Shown: piece after piece, positions 45,518-56,992 of the stretch | Numbering within the stretch: the stretch's first letter is position 1 | Layout of the letters: every line of letters begins with the position of its first letter | DNA from: Heteronotia binoei | Taxonomy: Eukaryota | Assembly: GCF_032191835.1 (NCBI RefSeq) | Contig: NC_083233.1 | Location: 24,304,001 to 24,368,000 of the forward strand | Direction: 5' to 3' | Length of the DNA: 64,000 nt | Made by a program: the position numbers and the translations under genes | Notes under the pieces: model-generated | What the model saw: the letters and a program-made list of their open reading frames with translations, nothing else | Told to the model about the DNA's origin: nothing | The model's database searches: none

Positions 45518-48500
45518 CTGCTGCTGCTGCTGCTTAAAGAAAATGCCTTAAAGAGAGCCAGTGTGGTGTAGGTTAGAGTGGAAACTAGGTATGTTCAAAT
45601 CGCAAGTCCACCATGGAAGCTCACTGAGTGACCTTCAGCATTACCTCATAGGGTTGTGAGGATAAAATGGAGGAGACCTGGATGACAGTGATGTAAGCAC
45701 AGCTTTTTTTGAGCAGGAATGCAGTCCCGGCTGGTTTGGTGTCAGGGGGTGTGGCCTAATATGCAAATGAGTTCCTACTGGGCTTTTTCTACAAAAAAAC
45801 ACATACCAGTGGAGAACAGTGGCGTATAATTAAATAGAATGCCCTTGCTTCTTTCCTGCAGAGCTGTGAGTGCCGTGCAGAGAGGGGTTGTGCTTTTAAT
45901 CTCTGGTTGACGTTTGGCAATAGTGCTTCTGCTGCAGCTTCTGTTCCATTTTTATCCTGTCCTTTCTCCAAGGAGCTGAGGGCAGCATCCACGGTTCTCC
46001 CCCATTTTACCCTGCCAAGCATCTCCCTGCTACCTAACTGATAACAGAAGAAGGATTTCCTCCATAGAAAATATTGCTTAGTTGCTCCTTTTCTGTGAGA
46101 TTAGAGTGGGTGTAGGGGGAGGGGTCTAACAGCTGCTCAAGAAGTGGAAATGTGATAGGTAAAGATTCCCCCCCCCCCGCTGTACCCCCCATGTGTAGGT
46201 TTTTGTTTTAACAGTATGTAGGTTTTTGTTTTGTTTAACCATACCTGATTAATTTCTGCCTCCCGTGTGGCAGAGAAAGCTTCAGAGGCCATGCCAGGAA
46301 AAGGATTGCCCATTTGGCAGATTTCAGTATCACTCCCTGGGTTCTTTCTGCGTAGCCCTACAACTCACAACCCTCACGACTTGGCAGGTTTTGATATGTG
46401 CTGTTCATATGTGTCCCCTGTGGGTGTTTTAAGGGTGCAGCACAGTTCCACGACTGCCATCTACTGGTCCCAGAGCGAAGCGCTCATCCAAGGACGATTC
46501 CCACATTGTCCCTTTGTCCTTAAAAAACCCTGCAAGGCATACTATAGCCCTGCTCCATTTCTCCCCTCAGGAAACAGCTAAACTATCAAGCAGAAGCCGT
46601 TGAATCAAAGGTGTTCTCTCTATGTATTTTGGTTAGGGTAGATCTTTCCCTCAGCTGGGGAATAAGTGACTGGAACCTGAAACATATTATAAAGTCCCAA
46701 GGGCAAGTGCGGTATGAAGGATCAGTTTGGTGGGTTGAACAAAACTTTTAGCAAGCAAACCTGCTAAGCTCACTTGCAGCTTCTTCTGCCCATTCTGTCA
46801 GAAGGAAACAGCCTGGAACTAAGACGTGAAAGTCAGCAGTTACTAAGAGCCAAAGGAGAGAGCAACACAGCCACATCTTCCTAAATACTGTTCATTTGTA
46901 ATGGGGACTGTCACCTGATTAAAGAGTAATTTATTGCTTAACTGATTAAGCCTTTGTGGGAAAACCATGTGATTTTTAGCAAGCATTATCAAAGCAGCAT
47001 CCTTTTTCCTTTCATATACAGAAGGGGAGACCTTCTCTAAGATGGTGTGCTGCCCTTTGTCATTTTGATAAGTTCTAGTGTCTTTAAAAACACACACACA
47101 CACACTAAAATCTGCCACATTAATTAAGGAATCCTTATAACGGTTGTTAAACCAATCAGTTAATGGGCTGAATATTTCTGCTCTTGTTTATTCTTAATGG
47201 GAGGCGGGATCTATATGGATGTTCTACATGTACAAGATTTCAGGGCATCTCCTGTAAGAATCCCAGGTAGCAGCTCAAGGCCTCTGTCTGAGACTCTGGA
47301 GAATTGCCACCATTCAGAGCAGATTGAAAAGAGCTAGATGGATTGGCTTCAGCTTTTTGTGTCCAAGAGCACTGTGATCAGGACTCAGCTGAACTGTTAC
47401 ATTTCTTCCTCACTACTATTCATGGAAAGAGGGCACTGAAAGCTGATGGAGACAAAATTCTGGGAGCCCACAAGTATATCAAATTCTCTGAACTTTCATT
47501 ATTAAAAAAGTCTTTATCCCTCTTCCTTGTAGAAATGTACCTTTCCCCTAAATATATATATATATATATCTTGCCTTTCTACCCTCACAATGGCCACCAA
47601 GGTGGCTAACAAAGTAAATTTGTATCTCCTACATCATTTGTATCTCATACATCGAAACCAACCAAAAATAACATATCACTAAAGCCAGAGCTAAAATTAA
47701 AATACACACAAAGACATAAAAAGTCAACAATTTATATCTCCACAATTGAAGGGACTAGAGGCTTATTTTGTTTTGCAATGAACACTGTGAATTCAGAGAC
47801 CCTGATGCACATTTGTTGTTTTATCTTGAGGTAATGATATTCTAGCATCAATTTTTATAAAGTGAAGCCTCCTGTGGCAGGGATAGGAAACATCTGTTGT
47901 GGGAACAATCTCAGGGGACATCTGAGGGACTCAGCTAATGTGCCTTCTCTTTATGGAAGAAACAATCCACCTTTCCCATCCCCCGCCCCCTTTTGCCTTC
48001 CCCATTAAGCATCTTTACATTGCTGTGAGCTTGCTTTTTTGTTTTGCATGAGTAGAAAAGTATTTTTTCCCCAGTTACTTCTTGCCAGAAGCTGATGTTT
48101 CCCTTCATTCTGTGTGGTTTATTCCCAGGTAATGTGAGCCATTTGTATCTCATCTATAGTGCACTTCAGTATTCTGGCTGGGTCTCTTTGCTGTGGGGAG
48201 CTGTTATTGTTTTCCTCCTCCTCATGGTTTCATACAGCCATCTGCATGCACAGGCCACAAATAAAAGCCATTCTATGAAAGCCCTTTACTGTCTCATACC
48301 TTATTAACAATGACTGTTCTTAAAGGTGCAACTTGAGAGTTGCTTTGTTTACTGCTTCAGACCAACACGACTGCCCACCTGCATCTGTTCTACTCATACT
48401 ATCAGGAAGCCAAGTTTTGCTATATTTGAATCAGGGTCATGCGGGGAAAGCGGAAAGAATCTGTACTCGGAGGCCCATCATGATGCCTCTAGGCAGCAGT

Positions 48501-48774
48501 ATTTCCATGCAAGTTCACATACAGGCAATTCAAAAGGGTGTATTTTGTAATGTGGTAGAGTGCAAGTGCTACATGCAGAACGTCCCAGGGTTCTATTCTG
48601 GGCATTTAAAAGATCTCAGCTAGCACATGATTGCTCTGTAGGGCACCATTGCCACCTATAGCAGACAATACTGATCTAGGAGGATGATCGAATAATGTGG
48701 CTTCATAGTCAATCTTGGCTGAACAGCTGAGGCTGTAAATATAGGTATGAAACTGAATACATGTATATTTAACA

Positions 48775-49085
48775 GATCCAGGTGGGCAGCCGTGTTGGTC
48801 TGAAGCAGTAGAACAACGGAGAGTCAAGTAGCACTTTTAAGACCAACAAAGTTTTATCCAGAATGTAAGCTTTCGTGTGCTCTAAGCACACTTCGTCAGA
48901 CAGTAGGATGGAATGGCAAGCAGTCCTAAATATAGAGAAAGCAGCCAGTGAATCAGCATGCAAAATCATGGAAATATTCCTTAGCAGATTAAAAGAATCA
49001 CAAGCTTGTGATTCTTTTAATCTGCGAAGGCACATTTCCATGATTTTGCATGCTGATTCACTGCCCACTTTCTTTATATTTAATA
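48775..49085. mobile_element. Penelope-like fragment with an intact hammerhead motif (- strand) and a 118-bp palindrome
   Basis: gatccaggtgggcagccgtgttggtctgaagc head; motif at 48864-48902; palindrome 48946-49063. Confidence 0.75.
48864..48902 (-). ncRNA. Minimal type I hammerhead ribozyme motif (activity untested)
   Basis: tgt-CTGACGA-a-gtgtgct(tag)agcacac-GAAA-gc-TT-aca: core boxes, 7-bp stem II, 3-bp stem I, palindromic AGCT stem III. Confidence 0.65.
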
Positions 49086-49239
49086 TAAAAGGTCAACAGC
49101 CTCCTTGTCCACAGAGCCTGCGCTGCAAAACCTGACCTCCCAGCACTTCTAACATTGCAGAAAATCTATCCCCAATTTTTCCACTCTGTGCTGCACCATG
49201 ACCACGCCCCTCCATCCTGCAGAATTTAGGGGAGGGATG

Positions 49240-49563
49240 AGTTTGATGGGCGTGACATCACGCGGGAGCTGTGTGGGCGGGCATCTACTTTCCCCACTCT
49301 TCCATTGGCTACATTTGTCACCTCCCCGGCCCGGCCCCCCGAAGCGCCTATTGGCTCGTTCAGTCACAAGCCGCCCGCACCGATCACGAGGCGACGAAGC
49401 GTTCGCCTTTTTTACTTTCTGTTTGGCCTTTGCCGGCTACCGTCTCAGAGCCGGCCTCTTCTGCTGCTGGGGAAAAAGAAGAAGACGGCGCCAGAGAGAG
49501 CGAGGCTGCTGCCTGCGGGAGGGGGAGTCCCCGCCGGCTCCCTCCTCCTCCTCTGCAGCCGCC
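49240..49563 (+). promoter_or_regulatory. SLC25A14 CpG-island promoter/5' UTR
   Basis: Two inverted CCAAT boxes (ATTGG at 49304 and 49350), a GC box and gtgacatcac. Confidence 0.6.
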
Positions 49564-49627
49564 ATGACGGCGCTGAGCTGGAAGCCCTTCGTGTACGGAG
49601 GGCTGGCTTCGCTCGTGGCTGAGTTCG
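49564..49627 (+). CDS. SLC25A14: SLC25A14 (UCP5/BMCP1) first coding exon (MTALSWKPFVYGGLASLVAEF)
   Basis: gccATGa Kozak context; G|gtgggt, phase 1; WKPFVYGGLAS-VAEFG signature. Confidence 0.9.
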
Positions 49628-49886
49628 GTGGGTGAGAATGTCGGGCTCGAGCCAGGCCTCCCGCGCGCGCGTGCCCCCGCCCCGCCCCTTGGCGTTACCA
49701 GGCAACACGCCCCGCCCCTTCCCAGTCCCTAGCAACGGCCTAGTCGGATGCCTTGGAGTCCCTTTCCTTTTCCAGAGCTTCTCCGGAGGCTCGTATTTAT
49801 TTGTTCGGCGCGTTTTAATCCCCTCTAAGGAGCTCCGGGCAGGTAATATGGATTTTCCCCCTCCTCCATTTTATCTTCATAACAGC

Positions 49887-50052
49887 CAGGGCTTTTTTTG
49901 TAGCAAGAACTCCTTTGCATATTAGGCCACACCCCCTTGATGTAGCCTGTCCTCCAAGAGCTTATAGTAGGCCTTGTACTAAGAGCCCTGTAAGCACTTA
50001 GAGAATTGGCTACGTAAGAGGGTTGTGGCCTAATATGTAGAGGAGTTCCCTG
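49887..50052. mobile_element. Palindromic hAT MITE family C (right TIR truncated), inside an old SINE
   Basis: TSD ataacagc/ttaacagc. Confidence 0.8.
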
Positions 50053-50109
50053 ATTAACAGCCCTGTGGGGTGGGTTAGGCAGAGAAGGATTGGCCTGTGG
50101 TCACCCATG

Positions 50110-50261
50110 CAGGGCCGGCCTTGGACTGTCTGGCACCCTAGGCAAGGCTAGCTTCCCCCCCCCCGCATTGGTAACGTTACCCAGTCACATGGGGGCACCT
50201 AATTTGGCACCGCCAGAAGGCTGGCGCCCTAGGTAATTGCCTAGTGGCAAGGCTAGCCCTG
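50110..50261. mobile_element. hAT MITE (cagggccggcc-type TIR)
   Basis: Exact TSD cacccatg. Confidence 0.85.
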
Positions 50262-50311
50262 CACCCATGGCAGGTGGGGATTTGGTTAGGCCCTCGTTGG
50301 ATACTCTTAAC

Positions 50312-50494
50312 CAGGTCTTTTTTTAGTAGCAGAACCTCCTTTGCATATTAGGCCACACACCCCTGATGTAGCCAATCCTCCAAGAGCTTACAGTGTGCCC
50401 TGTACTAAGAGCCTTGTAAGCTCTTGGAGAATTGGCTACATCAGGGGTGTGTGGTCTAATATGTAAAGGAGTTCCTGCTACAAAAGAAGCCCTG
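50312..50494. mobile_element. Palindromic hAT MITE family C
   Basis: Near-perfect hairpin; TSD ctcttaac/ctcttaaa. Confidence 0.9.
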
Positions 50495-50798
50495 CTCTTA
50501 AACTACTGCACCACAGAAGGTGACTGTTCTGTTTTCTGCTTGGCAGCTGTTTTGATCTACAAGGAATGGGGTGGGGGGGAGAGTTTCTCAGTGTTTCAGG
50601 ATTAGGGAACTGATTAGGGTAAAAGGATGTGGGTGTATTGTGGATGCATTGGTATTTCCATATGAGCAATGCTAGGTTATGTTGTGTGTTTAGTTTGCTC
50701 TTCCTCCAAGAAAAGGTCAGTGTTTCTACCTCTTTCTGTTTTTATGTTCACAACAACCTTGTTAGGTGGGTGAGGGAAACAGCAGCTGAGCTGGCCAG

Positions 50799-50990
50799 CA
50801 GCGTTCCCTCTAAGCTGAGTTAGTGTGCTAGCTCACAGATTTCTAGCCTCTGGCTCACACATTTTTATCTTCGCTCAGGAAGAATGACCCCAGAGCACAC
50901 TCATTTATGCAGTAGCTCACAACTTTAATGCAAGTAGCTCACAACGTAGAATTTTTGCTCACAAGACTCTGCAGCTTAGAGGGAACACTG
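50799..50990. mobile_element. hAT MITE family B
   Basis: cagcgttccctctaagctg / cagcttagagggaacactg TIRs. Confidence 0.87.
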
Positions 50991-53379
50991 CTGACAAACT
51001 GCAGTGAGGTTTGAACCTGATATGTCACTCTAACCATTACTCTGCGTTGGCTCATGATTCAGATCCTGATCATCATTGAAGCTCCTTGGGTGACCTTGAG
51101 TCAGTCATTCTTTCAACCTTGTAGGGTTAACAGGAGGCTAAAATAGAGAATATGTTGACCTTAGCCCCTCAGGAGATGGAGGGTAGTGCTTACTATTCAA
51201 TTAAAACCTTTCTCTGTATGTCTCCCCCCCCCCATCAGCTTTCTATGGTAGTTCACCTTTGTAACTCTTTTTATAGTAATTCATGCTGCATCTAGTCTGT
51301 TCCATTGTAGATGCAAGACAAAGAAAAATTCCTTTTTTCTCAGCCTTTCAGTTAATTTCCCTGTTCTCTCATTTCTCTTGTAACTCTGATTTATTGCTCA
51401 TACATGGGGTGTTGATGATCTTACTGATCTGCTGATTTTGATGCCATGGTAGGCTATTTTAACTAAACTTTTAAAGTTGGGGTTTATGATTGTCTTACTG
51501 TTCTGATATATTTCTCAGTAAGCTTTTTTAGAAGCTGTCTTAAAAGCCTTTTTGACTGAGACTTTGTGGGTGGTTTGTTTTTGTGTGTGCGGGCATATTT
51601 TAGTCATTTATTTACAAAATTTATACGATGCCTTTCTGTGCAGTAATGGCCACCAGTGTGGTTAACAGTTAACACAGTTAAATTGTGAAAACAACAATAA
51701 AATCTGTTCTGGTATCTTAAAGATGAATAGATTTATTGTGTCATAAGCTTTCATTGAAATACAGCTTACTTGTGTAATACCTGATTCATTATACTCCATT
51801 AAGGATATATGAAGAATCTAGCTGGCTCAAATCAGAGGTCTGTTTTGTTCAGCATCCAGCTTGTTTGATCATCCAGATGTTTCTGGAAACCTTACGAGAA
51901 GGAGACATGAGCAACAACCCTCCCCTGCTTTTTGTATCTAGTAACCTTTATTCAGTAGTGTGCCTCTCTGAAAATGAGGTTCTGTCTTGGCTAATACCTG
52001 TATGTAAGAACAATTAGCCATGTATCTGCTTAGTGCGTTTCACAGGCTAGCATGGGAGGCTCAGGCAACCAGCAGGTATTTGGAGTACTTCATAGTTGCA
52101 AACAGTGGGCCTAAAAGGCCGTGAAATACAAAGTATTGTGTTGGACTGTGCAAGTTACCTAGAACAGCCTCAGGGTGTTCTTTCCCTCAAATAATAATTA
52201 CTCAGACTTGGCATTTGTCTCCAGTGCTAGCTGTTGCACTAGATAGTTGTATAATTTCATTATATAACAGTATAAAGAACTGGTATAAAAATCTGCTTAT
52301 TTTATTTTTCCATCCTGTTCTCTCCCACCTCTGAGGGTGTATGTAGGATTGTAAGCCACCTCGAGCCCATTAGGAAAAAGGCAGTATACAATAGAATGTT
52401 CAGATTATTTCTTATACATTATTTCACTAATCCTCATGACAGCCCTCCTGTATAGGTTAGTATTACTGCAGAAACATGGCATGACTTATTGTTGTACACC
52501 TACAAAATTTAATGATTTTGAGCTGGAGAACACCCTGATCTAACAGATACCGTTTTGTAGTGGCTAAGAAGCCCTACTATCAAGATGGCAACTGAAAAAA
52601 AAACCTAATTTCACGCTTCTGTAGAATTGCTTACTTTTGGCAGGGTATAGTGTTGGTTAGGCTTTACCTGTGGCAGGTCAAATGAGACATTTCTCAGCAG
52701 TGGGATGGCTTGGGATTGTGCTACACAGATGTTTTGGGAAATGGCCAGTTTGCTAGTACTTAAAAGTAAAAAGAGATTTCCCACAAAAAATCTAAAGATA
52801 CCTGGTGTAGTTCAGTTTCTGACACTGCAAAATTTGGATATGGCCAGAACCTGAGCAGAAAATCTCATTAGCACCACCAGAGCTCCTTGGAGGAATGTGA
52901 GGTACACTAGTTTCATTCCTTACATCATTTTCCCTGTTTATTTATTTACATTAATTATAGTCTGCTTTTCTCATTTGGACTCAGGGCAGATTACACAGAG
53001 TGAGTCAATATAGTGGACAGATGGGACATTCAGTAAACAGTGCTATAGGGTTAGGGTTGTAGAACCACCCAGAAGTCTGAAAACAGAACTGAAGCATAGC
53101 GTAAATACTGGCACATTAAATGATGCAAAATTCTGTAGTGGGATCCTATCTTCAACAAGCGGTATGCAGTAGTATAGAATAGTCCTCAAAAAAATTCCGA
53201 TTAACTTTGTGAATCATTTAGTACAGTGCAAGTCTGCTGCCTGCATTGAAAAGCTCTCTTGAATAATTCAGTTTTGCATAGTTTGTGGAAAGCCATGAGA
53301 GTGGATTTTTCCTGACCTGCTCAGGCAGGCCATTCCACAGAGCGAAGAAGGCAGGCGGATGGGCCATTGTTGTCCGTTT

Positions 53380-53601
53380 GAAGAGTAGGTTTTTGTACCC
53401 TGCTTTTCTCTACCGGAAGGAACCTCAAAACAGCTTACAATCACATTCCCTTCTTCTCCCCACAGCAGTCGCCTTGTGTAGTAGGTGGGGCTGAGAGGGT
53501 TCTGAGAGAACTGGGATTGGCCCAAGGTCATCCAGCAGGCTTCATGTGGAGGAGGAGTGGGGATCTCCAGATTAGAGTCTTCTGCTGTTAACCACTGCAC
53601 C
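53380..53601 (-). mobile_element. Squam3-like SINE
   Basis: Reverse-oriented tail, core and head. Confidence 0.75.
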
Positions 53602-53905
53602 TGCAGAACAGTATTCCTGTTCTGTAGCAGACCATCCCTCTCTCATCTTCTAACCAGTTAAAGAAAATCCCCTCCATTGTTCCCTTGGCTGCAAAACATA
53701 GTTGCATATCAAGCGGTGAGTATGCATAAGAATTACACATTGGCAGGTGCCCGAAAACTGATGTTTCCATGAACTACAATTGTCTTAATATCCCAATAAA
53801 AAAACACAAAAGGAAATGGGTAGTGTTCTGTTGTATGGAATCACATGTGTATGCGTTCACAGCCACAACTGTGTTGCCTGAACTGTGGCTTCTCTTCCGT
53901 TACAG

Positions 53906-54053
53906 GGACTTTCCCCGTGGATCTCACCAAAACACGACTTCAGGTTCAAGGCCAAAGCATCGATGCCCGTTTCCGAGAGATCAAATACAGGGGCATGTTC
54001 CATGCCTTGTTTTGCATCTACAAGGAGGAAGGCATCCTAGCGCTCTACTCTGG
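53906..54053 (+). CDS. SLC25A14: SLC25A14 coding exon 2
   Basis: [50 protein letters not shown]; carrier motif PxD/ExxK/R. Confidence 0.96.
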
Positions 54054-54222
54054 GTAAAGTCTTCCACTTGTCATATAACGTCTTTTGTATGTCATCTTTT
54101 GGATCCTGAATCTGTTAAGAGTGTGAAAGTCTAACCTGGATTGTTGAGATATGGGTGGAAGCGGCAGTGCAACTTTTGTGCTGAATGAATCTTAAGCCAT
54201 CTTTCTTCCTCTCCTGTTGCAG

Positions 54223-54317
54223 AATTGCTCCAGCCTTGCTAAGACAAGCATCTTATGGCACCATAAAGATTGGCATATATCAGAGCTTGAAGCGGCTGTT
54301 TGTGGATCGCTTGGAAG
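54223..54317 (+). CDS. SLC25A14: SLC25A14 coding exon 3
   Basis: [31 protein letters not shown]; phase 2 to 1. Confidence 0.96.
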
Positions 54318-54699
54318 GTCAGTGCTTTTTAAAAAACTTAATCCGTAAAGTACTTTGTTGATGGTACCATACAAATAACTACTTGATATTTAGCTTGTTG
54401 CTTCCCTTATGCTGCTTGGGCTTTCTTCTTCTTTTATGCCTCTAGGTCCTAAGTCCCCAGTTGCAAGCAAACAAGCTCCACCAATTAAAGACACAGGGCA
54501 ATTACATCCAAAGATGCCATAGAGTATTGGGTTTTTTATACCTCAAAGATGAAAAATGTTTGAGCTAACAGCTATCTATCTCCACTCACTTGCTGACCCT
54601 TCATGTATCTTCATTGTCTCTGGGTGTGGGAAATGTGCTCCTTCTCAGAACTGGGCAGCCAGGAAAGTTCTGACCTTTATTCAAGCAACTTGGAGCTAT

Positions 54700-54800
54700 T
54701 TAGAACAAAGTAGGAGTCAAGTGGCATCTGTAAGCCCAACAAAGTTCTATTCAGAATGTAAGCTTTCATGTGCTCTAAGCACACTTCATCAGGCAAGGAG
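54700..54800 (-). mobile_element. Penelope-like terminal fragment with hammerhead motif (54757-54795)
   Basis: Revcomp CTGATGA-a-gtgtgct(tag)agcacat-GAAA-gcTTaca. Confidence 0.68.
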
Positions 54801-55617
54801 CTATTTAGCTTTCTCTTGATCCATTTCTAGCAAAACTCTGCAGCACATCCTGCACATCAGGACTGAATCCCAAAGGAGGTCTCTTGTTTTCCTTTTAGAA
54901 ACTTGCAGCTTGGTGCTGTTGCTCTTAAGCACCCATTGGTGCTGCTCTCACGTTACAGATGGAAAACACTGATACAGATTGGAGGAGGAATGACTCTAAA
55001 ACCTACATCAACAAGCACACCTCCCGGCTTTCCACTCCCCAGCACAGTTTCCTCTGTCTGCTTCTGTGTCAAATGCACTGTGTTGTGGTCTCTGTGCTTC
55101 TGGGTACTATGTCCTAAATGTTTGTTTCCCTGCAGGCCCAGGGTAGCCAGTGACCCGGTCTCCTTTGGAGAGTGCTGCGGTCAGTACCACTACCCTTTCC
55201 CAGCATAACTGCTCTAACTCTTGGCCTTTCTGTTCTGGACTAATAACCTAATCTAGTTTGCTGAGGGGTTTTCCCCCTGTGTTGGGATGATTGCTCCAGG
55301 TATCAATAGAATCTCCTCTACCAAAGCTCTTTGAACGTGGCCATGGGGGAGTGGGTGGCATTCCTTCAGAGGGAGACGACACTGAGTCCGCTCCCTTACT
55401 CTCATTCGCTACGCTGCAGAAATCCAGCAATCGCACAATGCTGTCCTCAATATCTTAGGCGCAGGAGAGAGGAGGCTGGAAAATTGGAGCAATTGGTCTT
55501 TGTATAGTAGTGTATCATTATCTTCTGTTTTCCCTCCTGAAATCTACTTTGATGTTGTCCTCAGACACACAGTCTTGGTTTCTAAGTCCACTCCAAATAT
55601 CTTCTTCCTCATTGCAG

Positions 55618-55703
55618 ATGAAACGTTACTGATCAATGTAATCTGTGGGGTGGTGTCAGGGGTGATCTCCTCGACACTGGCAAATCCAACAGATGTGCTG
55701 AAG
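55618..55703 (+). CDS. SLC25A14: SLC25A14 coding exon 4
   Basis: [29 protein letters not shown]; attgcag| and AAG|gtaaga. Confidence 0.96.
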
Positions 55704-56157
55704 GTAAGAGGGGGTTTCCTGTACTAATTAGCTGCTGCTTTCTTGGCTATTATTTTCCCATGGTGACATACAAATGCCATATTGTCGTGTTCTCCAAGCT
55801 TCTAGTACTGCTATACCTGCTGCTCCATGTGTCTCATACTCTTCATCCCTAAGTCTAAGCCCACCAGATAGCCAAAGAGAGGCTGAATGTAATATTGCTC
55901 AGTTGCTGTGTTGATGTAGTTCAGCTAATTCATGTAATGGTGTGTGTGTATGTGCATTTATGACAAGCGGCATTGAAAGGTGTGGAACAGCAGCATAGGT
56001 TTAGCCTCCTTGACCAAATTGGATATATGTACGCTTAGTCTGTTGGTCTCCTAGATGATGATTTTGGATCACAGCTGTTGCTCTAAACGTTCAGAAACGG
56101 TGTTTGCTTCTCTGCTAGGGAAGTCACTTGCTGCTGTTTCTCTTGTTCTTCTTTTAG

Positions 56158-56253
56158 ATCCGAATGCAGGCACAGGGCAGCCTGTTCCAAGGTGGAATGA
56201 TTCACAGTTTCATTGACATCTACCAACAGGAAGGCACACGGGGTCTTTGGAGG
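56158..56253 (+). CDS. SLC25A14: SLC25A14 coding exon 5
   Basis: [32 protein letters not shown]; AGG|gtgagt. Confidence 0.96.
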
Positions 56254-56712
56254 GTGAGTGCTGCCTTGAGCGTGCCCTGTCTTTCTCCAGTCTTGCTTTC
56301 AGAATGCCTGTATCTCACCTGCTTTGTTTAGGAGAGAGAAAACCTTTGCAGAAGATCTCCTTAGGAATTAGAGGAGATGCTTCGGTTTGATTTTAGAGTC
56401 TATAAAGATAGCCGTATTCTTTTGGGTAGTGCCAGAAGCAGCCAGATCCACTGTGATGTCAAGGGAGGGCGGAATTACTTACAGGCCCACCTCTAAAAAT
56501 TCCCTCTTTAGCTGACTGCTTTAAGGTAGCCTCCATTCTGGATGTTCCCTTAAGAGTGAGAGAATATTGCCTGGCTTTGTGCCACATAAATTGTGAATAG
56601 TTTTGTTTGTTTTCATTATTATATATAATAATGAAATGATGATTGACTAGTGCTTGCACAGGGGACTACATATACATAGGTATATACACATACATGCACA
56701 CACACACATATA

Positions 56713-56992
56713 TAGTCCCTTGTGCAAGCACCAGTTGTTTCCGACTCTGGGGTGACATCGCATCACGGCGTTTTCATTGGCAGATTTTTTTACAGGGTGG
56801 TTTGCCATTGCCTTTCCCAGTCATCTACCCTTTACCCCCAGCAAGCTGGGTACTCATTTTACCGACCTCGGAAGTATGGAAGGCTGAGTCAACCTTGAGC
56901 CAGCTACCTGAACCCAGCTTCTGCCAGGATCAGATTCAGGTCATGAGCAGAGCTTGGACTGAAGTACTGCAGCTTACCACTCTGCGCCATGG
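56713..56992 (-). mobile_element. Sauria (Squam1-type) SINE, preceded by (TA/CA)n
   Basis: Matches 12651-12958. Confidence 0.85.

Noticed and set aside
49198-49563. In-frame upstream ATG that would extend SLC25A14 by 122 aa
   Set aside because: It lies upstream of the GC and CCAAT promoter elements and so probably upstream of the TSS; no similarity to known UCP5 N-termini.
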